Positions 24,853-37,830 of a DNA stretch of 64,000 bases are shown one piece after another. The notes beneath the pieces are model-generated. The model saw only the letters and a list, made by a program, of their open reading frames with translations, was not told where the DNA came from and made no database searches. The DNA is from Octopus bimaculoides (Eukaryota), in assembly GCF_001194135.2 (NCBI RefSeq), contig NC_068982.1, positions 54,103,292 to 54,167,291 of the forward strand, read 5' to 3'. The translations under genes were made by a program, and so were the position numbers. Numbering within the stretch: position 1 is the first letter of the stretch; every line of letters starts with the position of its first letter.

Positions 24853-25276
24853 GAAAGCCGCTAACACTCGTTCATTGCCTGGTAGACAGTAAAAAGCAAA
24901 ATTGGAAATTAATTCTACTAATTATGATAATCACTGTGTTGCTGTTACATGGCACGAAGTATTACTCAATTCGGTGGCAGCTGAAAGAAATGATAAGATA
25001 AGCCTAACAAAAACATGTTGCAGTAAAAGCACCGAAAATGGTTGTCAATTATTTAGTACACCAGCTGCATACTTCAGTAAATTGTACTTATCAATTTGTT
25101 CCTTTCGGTCATTAAGAGTTAAATATCGCCTTGCATATTTGCGTAGATCCTAACAGACACAAGCAAATCGGTCAATAGGTGAAGCTTATTACATTTAACT
25201 ATTACGAGGTGCATTCCAGATGTTTTGAAACTTTTTTTTTTGTTGTTGTTTTTTTTACGAGAGGCTGTTATAACTA

Positions 25277-26330
25277 CAGTGTATACTCGGCTGTAAGTCG
25301 CACATTTTTCCCTGAAATTTTCACCTAAAGTTGGGGGCCAACTTATAACCACATTCTATAAAAAAAAAAAAAAACCTTCATATATTTTCTAGGTTCAAGC
25401 CACGTCTGAAGTTCCGACACTTGGAATAACCGAAAAAAACCCAAATCGCTAATTCCGAAGCCGAGAAGACGATCTTTAGAAATTTCTTTATATATTTCTT
25501 TACTTCTGTTAGTATGAAATAAACGATTATTTTTTTTAAAAAGTGAGTTTAATGCTTGTTTGTTTTTGTACCGTACCTGTCTTTCTTAATTCGACGCCAT
25601 GTTATTTGTTAGCATGAAGAGAAAGAGGAATTCGTATGATATCACTCTCAAGCTGGAAGTTGTTGAATACGCGAAGTCGCATTGGAATCTAGCTGCAGAA
25701 AGAGAATTTGGGGGTCTCAGGAAAAATGGTCAGGAATAGGCGTTTGAAAGAGGCAAAAATGAAACCCGTTGACATCAAATCGTTAAAGAAAATTAGGATA
25801 GAAATGAGTCCCAATGAGGAGATGGAAACTATTTTGAGAGACTGGGTGATATCTTTTGTGAAACTGGGAGACTGGGTGACATCTTTTGAGAGACTAAGTG
25901 ACATCCTTTGAGAGACTGGGTGACATCTTTTGAGAGACCGGGTGACATCTTTTGAGAGACTGGGTGATATCTTTTGTGAGACTGGGAGACATCTGTGCTT
26001 CAGCTACTCGACGTGTCGATGAACAAGCCTTTTAAGGTGAACTTGCGTGCCAAGTGGATTGAATGGATTTTTAACGGTGCCAAGGAAATGACAAAGGCTG
26101 GGAACTTTAAATGCCTTGACCTTAAGACTGTTTGCCAGTGGGTGATAGATTCATGGGCTGAAATACCGAGTGAACTTGTAATGAAATCATTTTTGAAGAG
26201 CGTGATCTCAAATTCCTGACTTCGCCTGTGCAAGAAATGTTCGCCCCAGTGCTTCATCAGTTAATGAAGATCAGACAAGTGAAGACGAGGATCAGGTTGT
26301 ATACGACGAGACCATCACAACCGAGCAGTT
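25277..26330 (+). mobile_element. Internally deleted pogo/Passer-like (POGK-related) DNA transposon
   Basis: The left end is TA|CAGTGTATACTCGGCTGTAAGTCG. The N-terminus MKRKRNSYDITLKLEVVEYAKSHWNLAAEREFG...KMVRN resembles the Brinker-type DNA-binding domain of POGK. The C-terminus LQLLDVSMNKPFK...WVIDSWAEIPSELVMKSF is a DDE_1 tail. No right TIR was found. Confidence 0.85.
25832..25993 (+). repeat. Minisatellite, about 7 copies of a 22-bp unit TTTTGAGAGACTGGGTGAYATC
   Basis: Seen directly inside the pogo remnant. Confidence 0.95.
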
Positions 26331-26924
26331 TTAGCGATTCTTTGGTGAAAGTGATAATGAAAGTGATGGTTAATATAACTCAGTTCTTCCTTCATTTAAT
26401 CTTCCGATTTCTTGTCACAATGTTTCATACGCTTTCTTACAACTTAAAACAATTTCTTGTATTTTTTTCCAATCATTACACGTGTGACTGCATGGTTTTG
26501 TGTTTCAGTTGGTTTTGTCTGAATAATGAAAGGTATAAATCAAAATGTAAAGGAAAATTATCGTCGCAATTAAGTCTCATTACGATAAACAGGTCAACTA
26601 GCGTTGTCAAAGATAAAATTTTACATTATACAGCGGTTTCTAAAGTCCCTATAGTCCAGACCTTTCTCCCTGTGACTTTTGGCTGTTTTCAAAGCTGAAA
26701 GATAACCTCGGGCATAGTCATTTTGAAGATGACTGGTCACCTTCAGTTTGAAGGACTTCCATGGGGGCCTTCACAAAGCGCTACAACAATTGATATTCGT
26801 GTACAGAGGAATGCTGCTCAAATTTTCCACAGGTAGTTATCAGCTCTTCAACAATAATAATGCCAAGACGATTGAGCCACGTCATTAACAACCACCTTAT
26901 TTTTATACCTATCATCATCACAAT

Positions 26925-26987
<63 letters not shown>

Positions 26988-27020
26988 TGTCGTCGTCATC
27001 ATTGCTACCATTACCACCAT
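26925..27020. repeat. (CCT)n/(CAT)n compound microsatellite
   Basis: Seen directly. Confidence 0.95.
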
Positions 27021-27794
27021 GCTCATCATCGTCGCCATTATCGAGAACAAAAGATAAAGTACATTCATGCATTCATTATTATTATTATTGTATTGCTTTT
27101 GTCGGTCGTCGAGAATGGAATAAACGTCACGGCATCCTATTAGTGTTCTTTGTAAATCTGAGGCTTAAAAGAGATAAAATAAAATTTCTGCAACGTTTAT
27201 ATGGTTGAACGAAGTTTAGTTGAGCGGAACTTAAGTTTGACTTACAAAAGATTTACCATTTCCAGATATGACATGAACGGCTTGTTAATAGAGAATATAT
27301 GATAATTGATAAAGATTGTAACAGACTAAATTCTTTTCCGCTTAGAGGTTATAATCGTAAATGTCAGCTAAGTAATGGCTCTGTTATATATATATATTTT
27401 TCCTACTGTAAGTTGTAGTTGTTGTTGTTCATACTGTTATTGTCATTTTCCATACTATGCTCCACTGCACAGGAAGAGTTGTCACAAAACTATTTCCCGA
27501 GCACAAAAACTCTCTCCTCTTCTCTTTTCTTTTCGTTTTCCTTTTCTCTGAACTGTTTGAGAGCTTTTGACACGCTTTCTGGCGCCTAAATAATACTTCC
27601 TCTTCTATCTCGTGTGCTATACAACACGTTACAATAGATTCATAATAATATATTTTATGTTTCCACGAAGATCCTAAATCTTTTCCAGTAGTTCTACTTT
27701 TCCCCGTCTTTTTAATTTCTATTGGTATTGTTAGTGTTCGCATTTTAAAAACTTGCAATCTTAAAATATGCGGAAATACTTTAGATGTCTTTTA

Positions 27795-28016
27795 TCGCTT
27801 GCCGTTACTTGGTTCAGTCATTAGACTGCGACCATGCTAGGGCAACGCTTTGAATAAGTTTTAGTCGAATGAATCGACCCCAGTACAATTTTTTGTTGTT
27901 GTTGTTAAACATGGTATTTATTCTAACGGTCTCTTTTGTCGAACCACCGAGTTACGATGACGTAAACACACTAAAACCGACGATTGTCAAGCGATAGCGG
28001 GGGGCAACCTCAGATA

Positions 28017-28025
<9 letters not shown>
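27795..28025 (-). mobile_element. SINE family B, 3-prime half
   Basis: TTCAGTCATTAGACTGCGACCATGCTAGGGCA...GACGTAAACACAC...GTCAAGCGAT. Confidence 0.8.
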
Positions 28026-28067
<42 letters not shown>

Positions 28068-28226
28068 CACACACATACATACATATATATATATATANNN
28101 NNNNNNNNNNNNNNNNNNNNNNNNNNNNATATATAGGGAGAATTCACAAAAAAAAACAAAAGACGAAGACAGATGGTGTAGGCAACAAACAGATGTATTA
28201 GTTTAACTCCCGGGAACTGAAAAACG

Positions 28227-28262
28227 CTTTGACGTTTCGAGCCTACGCTCTTCCACAGAAGG
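28227..28262 (-). ncRNA. Minimal type I hammerhead-ribozyme-like motif (Penelope type, variant core)
   Basis: Minus strand: cctt-CUGUGGA-A-GAGC(GUAG)GCUC-GAAA-C-GUC-aaag. Stem II is a perfect 4 bp, stem III is the palindrome ACGU, the cleavage triplet is GUC and stem I pairs 3 of 4. Core position A6 is U. Confidence 0.65.
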
Positions 28263-28729
28263 GAACACAGACAGAAACAAGGAGAGAAAATAAAGAATGT
28301 GTAGTAGCTAGCGATCTATCATGGCGAATGCCGGACAGAGGGGTCACACAGGAGAGCTAGGAAGAAGGGGAGATAATTATGTAGTGGTGATCCCAAAACG
28401 AAGGTGCACGTGCGGGTGTATAAGAGAGCATATAAGTGCGTGTGGAACAGGGCTGGTGATCTTGACGTGTACATGTGTGTATGTTTAGGTGTATATAAAG
28501 AATATGAGGGGTTTAGTTCACTGGTAATCTAAACGAATAGGTACGCTGAGTAAGTGCTATAATTGGTCATCCGTTAGGTTCCAAGTTCAGAGCTGAGGCT
28601 GGAGCTAGGGATCCGTATTAGGCTTCCGTGTTAGCAGATATATATTAGATGAAAAGAACAACAAAACCAAGGCAGGATGAGTATCTCAAGTCATTTATAA
28701 TAATTTAATTACTGCAAGGGGAATTTGAA

Positions 28730-28806
28730 GTGTTACAGCTGCTTCAGGCTTATCCCAAGTGATAAGCTAGCATGTCCATAGATTGGGCATCCTGTCACCA
28801 GAGACA
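28730..28806 (-). ncRNA. Hammerhead-like motif with branched, two-hairpin stem II (decayed)
   Basis: Minus strand: CUGGUGA-c-AGG-[AUGCCCA/UGGACAU]-gcuag-[CUUAUC/GAUAAG]-CCU-GAAG-CAGCUG-UA. Two core substitutions; palindromic stem III; weak stem I. Confidence 0.5.
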
Positions 28807-29530
28807 AGGTGAGTATGTATGAAAGTTCTAGACTGGGAAATTCACAGACTATAAGGAATAGAAGAATGCAGACAGGAGAATAAAGTTCACAGCTCAACTT
28901 TTTCCAGAGGGCATGGAGATTGATCCGTACTTCCGTGAAGGTAAAGGTCCTTAGGTATAATCTCAGGTAAATCTAGGTAGTATTTTGGCAATATTTTGAA
29001 TGATGTGTTCATGTTGAAGTGGTTAGTTAGTATGCAAATGGTCCGCCTGGGTATACAGAGTCAGAAAGACAGGCATCAAAGACAGACAGGAGTGGGATAT
29101 AAGTGAGTGGATACAAGAGAGAGGAGAAAGAGAGAAAAGAAGAAGAAAGCGAGAAAAAAGAGAGAAAAGACAGGAAAGGGATAGGTGCGGGCAAGAGTGG
29201 ATGGGAGCGAAAGTAAAGTAAAATCTAAAATAAAAATAAAAATGTAAAAAATAAATAAGAAATAAAGATAGAGATAATATGCCAGTATTATTCTTCATAA
29301 GTGTCGGCTTGGGGTGAGAGGTCAGGCATGAAGGTTTTGGGAAAGTGAAGAAGGAAAGTATTTATGTCTATTAATTAAATAGATGAAATTTAGGTTAGGT
29401 GTGATCACTAGTCTGTAGGAATAGCTAAAACTAGATGCCTAGCTTAAGGAGGTATATATAGGATAAAACTACAATTAAATGGAAAAGGAAACAAATTAAA
29501 GAATTAAAATTTAAAGCTTAAAAGTTATTA

Positions 29531-29695
29531 GGAGTGGCTGTGTGGTAAGTAGGTTGCTTACCAGCTACATGGTTCCGGGTTCATTCCCACTGCGTGGCAC
29601 CTTGGGCATGTGTCTTCTACTATAGCCTCGGGCCGACCAAAGTCTTGTGAGTGGATTTGGTAGACTGAAACTGAAAGAAGCCCGTCGTATATATG

Positions 29696-29726
<31 letters not shown>

Positions 29727-29948
29727 ATATGTTTATGTGTCTGTGTCTGTCCCCCCAACATCGTTTGAAAACGGATGGTGGTGTGTTTCCGTACCCGTAA
29801 CTTAGCGGTTCGACAAAAGAGACTGATAGAATAAGTACTAGGCTTACAAAGAATAAGTCCCGGGGTCGATTTGCTCGACTAAAGGCGGTGCTCCAGCATG
29901 GCCGCAGTCAAATGACTGAAAGAAATAAAAGATAAAAGAGATAAAAGA
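29531..29948 (+). mobile_element. SINE family B, full length, low divergence
   Basis: GGAGTGGCTGTGTGGTAAGTAGGTTGC...GGCACCTTGGGCATGTGTC...CAAATGACTGAAAGAAATAAAAG. Confidence 0.93.
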
Positions 29949-30555
29949 GTTAAATTACAAATTAAAGTTTCCAAAATTAAAAATTTTTTAAGGAATTTAA
30001 GCTAGCTATCTTGTAAGGTAGAAAAGAATTAATTCATTCTCTTGTNNNNNNNNNNNNNNNNNNNNNNNNNNNNNNNNNNNNNNNNNNNNNNNNNNNNNNN
30101 NNNNNNNNNNNNNNNNNNNNNNNNNNNNNNNNNNNNNNNNNNNNNNNNNNNNNNNNNNNNNNNNNNNNNNNNNNNNNNNNNNNNNNNNNNNNNNNNNNNN
30201 NNNNNNNNNNNNNNNNNNNNNNNNNNNNNNNNNNNNNNNNNNNNNNNNNNNNNNNNNNNNNNNNNNNNNNNNNNNNNNNNNNNNNNNNNNNNNNNNNNNN
30301 NNNNNNNNNNNNNNNNNNNNNNNNNNNNNNNNNNNNNNNNNNNNNNNNNNNNNNNNNNNNNNNNNNNNNNNNNNNNNNNNNNNNNNNNNNNNNNNNNNNN
30401 NNNNNNNNNNNNNNNNNNNNNNNNNNNNNNNNNNNNNNNNNNNNNNNNNNNNNNNNNNNNNNNNNNNNNNNNNNNNNNNNNNNNNNNNNNNNNNNNNNNN
30501 NNNNNNNNNNNNNNNNNNNNNNNNNNNNNNATATATATATATATATATATATATA

Positions 30556-30982
30556 CTCTTTTATTTGTTTCAGACATTTGATTGCGGCCATGCTGGAGCA
30601 AGTAGACCCCAGGACTTATTCTTTGTAAGCTTAGTACTTATTCTATCGTTCTGTTTTGCCTAACCGCTAAGTTACGGGGACGTAAACACACAAACATCGG
30701 TTGTCAAGTGATGGTGAGGGACAAATACAGACATACAAACACACGCACGCATGCACACACACACACACACACGAACGCGCACACGCACATACACACACAC
30801 ATATATATATATACGACGGGCTTTTTTTCAGTTTTTGTCTACCAGATACACTCACAAGGCTTCGGTCGGCCGAGGCTATAGTAGAAGAGACTTGTCCAAG
30901 GTGCCACACAGTGGGACTGAACCCGGAACCATGTGGTTGGTAAGCAAAGTACTTACAACATAGCCACTCTTGCGCCTCAGCG
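30556..30982 (-). mobile_element. SINE family B, full length
   Basis: Both halves are present in reverse orientation around a (CA)n/(TA)n core. Confidence 0.9.
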
Positions 30983-31728
30983 GCGACTCCGGCACTCGGG
31001 CTGTTCGGGGCTAAGCCCGAGTATAAATTTAGTAAAGTGAACGTGTATTTGCAAGTTGAATCAATATCTGCCAACACTGACTTCAAGTATGTAATTTTTC
31101 AGTCAATAATTCTAGCTCCTTTAATTGAGCCTGGCCGCAGCTCATTTATTTTCGTGTTCAGCATCTGGCGGTGGTCTTAGATGTGCCCTTATATCAAACT
31201 CGGACTCGGAAGTTACAGCGCGAGTTGTTATCTATAATCGTAAGAATTAAAAGTAATTCAAATTCAATGTTTTTCTTAAAACAATAGATTTTTATAGAGG
31301 TCAGAATTTAAATTCCAAACTATGAAAAGTTTCCGTTCTACAATATTCTTAAAGGGACGAAAACTTATCTAGTAATTCGGGCTAATACGAACGATGTGTA
31401 GAAGAATAACTGGTATCTCTTGTCAAGAGTACAGGTGACGGTTAGATCGCTAAGGTTTGTCGTGCACTCCGCTGTCCTTATTTGATTGCTGTTATTCTGT
31501 GCATCTGTGTGTTGAGATCAGTAGTGTCTTGCAGAGTTGCTTTATTTTTACCCTTAACTTACAAATGGAGAAAGACATAGTGCTAGATATAAAGAAAAAA
31601 AAAGCCGTTTGAGGCTAGAAATAAAGCGGGAAAACGTGAAATTCTTCGAGTTGACATGTGTCATACGAAATCTGTGATGATCCCAAGTGACGCTGATGAC
31701 CTGGAGTCGCCTCTGATATATACATGTG

Positions 31729-31990
<262 letters not shown>

Positions 31991-32699
31991 GAAAAGTAAC
32001 GCGGTATAATTAGACTCCCGATACTGGATTTATAAATTAAAGAAAAACATAAACATTATTACCTGCGTAATTAATGATATTTAATTTAGTTTTATACAAT
32101 AAAGCTACGTACCTGGACCTATGATTTAGCTTGGGGTTGTACTAACAGAGTCATATTTGAATACAGAATAGAAAAACAAACGTAACGTTTTCAGACCGTA
32201 ATGAAAACCAGTATAACTCAGCAATAAATTGAACAATTCTGATAAAGAATTCTTACTAAGCCATCGAGATAAGAGCAAAAGGATCATTTCTTAAGTCTTA
32301 TCAAAATGTTGCAACTGTATACGATAGTGATATTAAGGGATACAGAAGGGATACTGAGGCGATAAATTTGAGGAACTAGGGAAGTACTATTAGAATGGAA
32401 TGGTTAGACGGAGAAGGGGTAAGCTAAGTTTGAATTGGTTTGTGTTGTGAGAAGTGAAGGGTACGTCTAGAGAAATAAAGGAGAATGAGGGAGCAAGCTC
32501 AGTATGGTTGTTAAAACTGTAATCTAAAGTACGTGCGTGAAATTAAAATGGATTTTCCTGGCCCACTTTGCGAAAATATTGACTTAAGTACAGGCATACT
32601 TCAAGTTACGTCGGTAAATGGTTCGAGTCATCAAAACCTACGATTTAACTTGAAAAGCAACGTAACACGAAAAAAATATTTTCAAAAATTTAATAGCCT

Positions 32700-32916
32700 T
32701 TTATTCTCTTATTTGTTTCAGTCTTTTTTGACAACGACCATGATGGAGCACCACCTTGAAGGGTTCTAGTCGAACAAATCGACCTTAGAACTTATTTTTT
32801 TAAGCCCGGTACATATTCTATCGGTTATTTTGCCGAACGGCTAAATTACGAGGATGTAAACATGCTAACATCGGTTATCAAAAGGTGATGGGGAAGGGGG
32901 ACAAACACAGACATAA

Positions 32917-32966
<50 letters not shown>

Positions 32967-33130
32967 CTACGACGGACTCCTTTCATTTTTCGTTTACCAA
33001 ACCCATTCACAAGGGTTTGATCGGCCCGAGGTGATAGTAGAAGACACTTGCCCAATTAGCCATGCAGTAGAACTGACCCCGGAACCATGTGGGTAGGGAA
33101 GCAAGCTTCTTACCACACAGCTACGCCTTT
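32700..33130 (-). mobile_element. SINE family B, full length
   Basis: Both halves are present with a central (CA)(TA) tract. Confidence 0.88.
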
Positions 33131-33462
33131 CTTTTAATAAATTGTTTGTACATATTTTCACATATATTTTCTACTTCAGTGTTAGTTTTTAAGTGACTTT
33201 TATAAATTTTTATGCCTTTAAATATGTTCACTTCGACTGAAGCTGGAGTTCATTTTATTCTTCTATTAATTTCTTAAAACAAACACATAAATAAATANNN
33301 NNNNNNNNNNNNNNNNNNNNNNNNNNNNNNNNNNNNNNNNNNNNNNNNNNNNNNNNNNNNNNNNNNNNNNNNNNNNNNNNNNNNNNNNNNNNNNNNNNNN
33401 NNNNNNNNNNNNNNNNNNNNNNNNNNNNNNNNNNNNNNNNNNNNNNNNNNNNNNNNNNNNNN

Positions 33463-33517
<55 letters not shown>

Positions 33518-34149
33518 TCTCTCTCTCTCTAAGCACGTGAATTTGTCCTCGTAGTATGTTTAATTCTTTCGCTACGCAAAATGCTTCAATGAGAAATGTC
33601 GCTTAAAGGAAAACCTCCAAATTACGACGGAGTGAAATAGGATGATTTTTTAAGAAATTAAAAAAAATATCTTCGCAGAAAATTTTATTTGTGAGTTTAG
33701 AAGGAAGATTTTATTTTCATAAATAGGTAAATTATTAGCTACTGTCATGTTTCAGTCTTTATTTGAACATAATAATTCTCAAACATACTTGATAAGAGAA
33801 GATAGATTTTTACCAGTCGAAAAAGTGTTAGAATGAATTTTGGGCAGAATAATAGCTAAATGAAGAGATAGATTGGGAGACGAATGGAATTTTCTACTAG
33901 TACCGCGTCGTCTGCAGATGAACACCATCAATCACCTGTCTCCATAATTCCTTTTTTGCATTGCTCTTGGTACACCGCTCTTCTGTAGACGAGAGTCTTC
34001 AACTACTTGGTCGATAAATGTCCAGGCAGGACGATCACTAGATCGCTTACCGTATGTTGGTTCTCACATGTTGGTTCTCACTAATTCATCCTTGCTACGA
34101 AAGTAGTGTCCACAAAATCTCTGTCTTCTTTCACTTGGGCGTTTACCGT

Positions 34150-34937
34150 AAGTGCAAGTTTTGAAGAATGCAGTTAGATTTTAACAGTTATTTTTTCAAA
34201 GCTATAATGGAACCATATTCGGTATATTTTGCTTTATGAGTTCAATAAAGACAACAACGCAACAGAAAGGGCGAGGAATATTTATGCAGTATATTGGGAT
34301 CGGAAAATAAACGTAAGTCGACGTCAACGCTGGTTCCAGAAATTCCGAGCAGGAAACTACAGCCTAGAAGACGAGCCTCGTCCTGGAAATCTGTAAAGCT
34401 CGATGAGGACGTTCTGCAAACTTTGTTGGAACAAAATCCCATCGTAACTGTTGAGGAACTAGCAGAGAAGCATGGATTTATTTAATCATTCAACCAGTCA
34501 TTCAAGTCAGCGCTAGAAGGAAAACGACCATCTTTGATTTCAAGACGAAAGACGTTCTTCTATCAGGATAATGCTCGGCCACATATAGCGAGGATGACAT
34601 TCCAAAGGCTGGAATAATTTGAATAGGAAGCGATGCCCCACCTACCATATTCGCCGGATTGCCCCATCAGATTATGATTTATTCCACAGTCTTCAAAATC
34701 ATTTGAACGGATAAAATATGAATTCTGTAGACGAGATCAAAACAGTACTGCAGGAGTATTTTTCATCACGGACAAGTGAATTTTGGAAGAGCAGCCTTGC
34801 AAGTCTACCAGATAGATGGAAGAGCATTGTAGATAATGAAGGAGAGTTTATTTTAAATTAAAAAGAACTTTGTTTATTTTAATTTAGAAACATAAAAGAA
34901 GTATAAAAAAACCACATTATTTATGGAATGACCCAAT
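34150..34937 (+). mobile_element. Internally deleted mariner, related to the 9.7-10.9 kb element
   Basis: HIRYILLYEFNKDNNATERARNI...QRWFQKFRAGNYSLEDEPRPG...VEELAEK, then FYQDNARPHIA, the HLPYSPD..PSDY region and the C-terminus. The right TIR TTATGGAATGACCCAA(TA) resembles the TTATGGGATGACCTGA(TA) TIR at 10871-10888. Confidence 0.88.
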
Positions 34938-35380
34938 ATGCATGCAGGGACTGTGATTGCATGCGATAGACGTAATAGTTCTGTACACGACAACGATTCG
35001 TAAGCAAGTTCAACATACGGATCTTAGGCAAGTATGTAACAGCAAGTTTTCTTGTCTAACTTCGTAAAATACTAAATCCTTCTGGGTTGCATGGACCCTT
35101 AATCAAATAGAGATAGCAGCTAGATATTTATCAAAGCACACTACATTGTCTTGAAAAAGAAGCAACCCATTGGATAATCTACTCAGAGACAGACCCATAA
35201 AGAATGACCCAATGAATAATGGAACGCATTTGATCATAGGTTCTTTTGATCAGAATTGACCCAAGGCTAAACATTAAAATAATTACGTAATTACATCCTT
35301 GACAGGGCACACTTTCAGGCCAACTACTTCAATGTATTTCTATTTGGGTGCACTCATTATTATTATCATTATTTCTATCG

Positions 35381-35600
35381 AAGGCGGTGAGCTGACAGAA
35401 TGGTTACCGCGTAATTTGAACTCAGAACTTAAGGAAGGACAAAATGCTTAGCGGCAATTCATTCTGAGTTCCTACACCACTAAGGTCGACTTTACCTTTC
35501 ATTCTTTTGGGATCGATAAAATGACTACCAGTTGAACATTTGAGTCCATTTAAATCAACTTACCTCTTCCCTTATAACTGCTGGCCTTGTGAAACCATTA
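35381..35600 (+). mobile_element. SINE family A (degenerate)
   Basis: GAAGGCGGTGAGCTGACAGAATGG...AAGGTCGACTTTACCTTTCATTCTTTTGGGATCGATAA. Confidence 0.75.
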
Positions 35601-35694
35601 TCAGTTCTATAACTTATTTACATTTGAATCATACCATATTAGCATGTTTGAAAGTTAATTAAACTTAACATTTGGTCTATGATTACCACAGAAT

Positions 35695-36060
35695 GAAAAA
35701 GTCGAAGGAATCGGCCCCGGTACTTATTCTGAAGTCTGGTGATTATTCTATAGACTATTTCTAACAAACCACTAAATTACAGGACTGTAAAAGAAAACAG
35801 TACCGTCTGTTAAATGTTGGAGAATCAAACAAAAACACAAAGACAAACAGACGTTCAGGCAGACAGATAAACACACACACACACATACACAAATATACAC
35901 ACACAAACACGCACACATACTCGTATACACACTTATTCAACGGTTTCCACAGAGTTTTTATCGACCAAATTCTCTCACCACGCATTGGAGACACTTGCCC
36001 AAAGTGGTCGGGTCGAAACTACGTGATTACGAAATAAATTTCTTTACCGCACAGCTATGC
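35695..36060 (-). mobile_element. SINE family B (degenerate)
   Basis: GTACTTATTC...ACGGTTTCCACAGAG...GACACTTGCCCAAAGTGG. Confidence 0.55.
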
Positions 36061-36345
36061 TTGCCTATAATATGTGTGTGTATACAAATATATAAGATTA
36101 CACTAAAGCAAACGTGTGCACGCGCACTCACACTCATATACACATACATAAACACACACACACATACATACATATATGTATGTATGTGTGTCACTGACTG
36201 CGAAGTTTCATCGGAATTTACTATCACGCTCTTGTAATAGTTTAATAAATTTGTACTCTGCTGGAAAGTATTGAGCAGAAACAACAAAGTGGCTCGAAGA
36301 CTGAGTTCGTGCGTTGTATACATACATACATAAATACATATATAT

Positions 36346-36421
<76 letters not shown>

Positions 36422-37368
36422 NNNNNNNNNNNNNNNNNNNNNNNNNNNNNNNNNNNNNNNNNNNNNNNNNNNNNNNNNNNNNNNNNNNNNNNNNNNNNNN
36501 NNNNNNNNNNNNNNNNNNNNNNNNNNNNNNNNNNNNNNNNNNNNNNNNNNNNNNNNNNNNNNNNNNNNNNNNNNNNNNNNNNNNNNNNNNNNNNNNNNNN
36601 NNNNNNNNNNNNNNNNNNNNNNNNNNNNNNNNNNNNNNNNNNNNNNNNNNNNNNNNNNNNNNNNNNNNNNNNNNNNNNNNNNNNNNNNNNNNNNNNNNNN
36701 NNNNNNNNNNNNNNNNNNNNNNNNNNNNNNNNNNNNNNNNNNNNNNNNNNNNNNNNNNNNNNNNNNNNNNNNNNNNNNNNNNNNNNNNNNNNNNNNNNNN
36801 NNNNNNNNNNNNNNNNNNNNNNNNNNNNNNNNNNNNNNNNNNNNNNNNNNNNNNNNNNNNNNNNNNNNNNNNNNNNNNNNNNNNNNNNNNNNNNNNNNNN
36901 NNNNNNNNNNNNNNNNNNNNNNNNNNNNNNNNNNNNNNNNNNNNNNNNNNNNNNNNNNNNNNNNNNNNNNNNNNNNNNNNNNNNNNNNNNNNNNNNNNNN
37001 NNNNNNNNNNNNNNNNNNNNNNNNNNNNNNNNNNNNNNNNNNNNNNNNNNNNNNNNNNNNNNNNNNNNNNNNNNNNNNNNNNNNNNNNNNNNNNNNNNNN
37101 NNNNNNNNNNNNNNNNNNNNNNNNNNNNNNNNNNNNNNNNNNNNNNNNNNNNNNNNNNNNNNNNNNNNNNNNNNNNNNNNNNNNNNNNNNNNNNNNNNNN
37201 NNNNNNNNNNNNNNNNNNNNNNNNNNNNNNNNNNNNNNNNNNNNNNNNNNNNNNNNNNNNNNNNNNNNNNNNNNNNNNNNNNNNNNNNNNNNNNNNNNNN
37301 NNNNNNNNNNNNNNNNNNNNNNNNNNNNNNNNNNNNNNNNNNNNNNNNNNNNNNNNNNNNNNNNNNNN

Positions 37369-37438
<70 letters not shown>

Positions 37439-37589
37439 AGGTATGTGGCATTGAGATGGTGATATTTACTTATATGACTGGAAAAGGTTGCTGTGGGGAT
37501 AGAAGTGCAGCATGAAGGTAAAAATATCAAACTTGATGCCATATTCACTCGTTTGTTATCCATTTGATGTTTAGACACGAAGACAAAAC

Positions 37590-37616
37590 AAGATAGCAGT
37601 AGTAGTAGAAGTAGTA

Positions 37617-37680
<64 letters not shown>

Positions 37681-37722
37681 CAGTAGTAGTGTTGGTGCTG
37701 GTGGTGCTGGTGGTGGTCGTGC

Positions 37723-37757
<35 letters not shown>

Positions 37758-37830
37758 GTGCTGGTGGTGCTGGTGATGGTCGTGCTGGTGGTGGTAGTAG
37801 TAGTTGTTGCGTTAGTTGTAGTACTAGTGG
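37590..37830. repeat. (GTA)n/(GTG)n compound microsatellite
   Basis: Seen directly. Confidence 0.95.

Larger units (their letters stand above)
28130..29400 (-). mobile_element. Probable Penelope-like terminal-repeat (pLTR) sequence
   Basis: Carries two hammerhead-like motifs on one strand and abuts (TA)n. No intact ORF was seen. Confidence 0.45.

Noticed and set aside
24900-25170. GATA and E-box (CAGCTG) motif cluster
   Set aside because: Short motifs are frequent in AT-rich DNA, and there is no independent support.
25832-25993. Regular 22-bp repeats as a CRISPR-like array
   Set aside because: Head-to-tail units without unique spacers, in a eukaryotic TE context.
27429-27758. 109-aa Lys-rich minus ORF
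   Set aside because: Driven by a CT-rich low-complexity stretch, with no motif.
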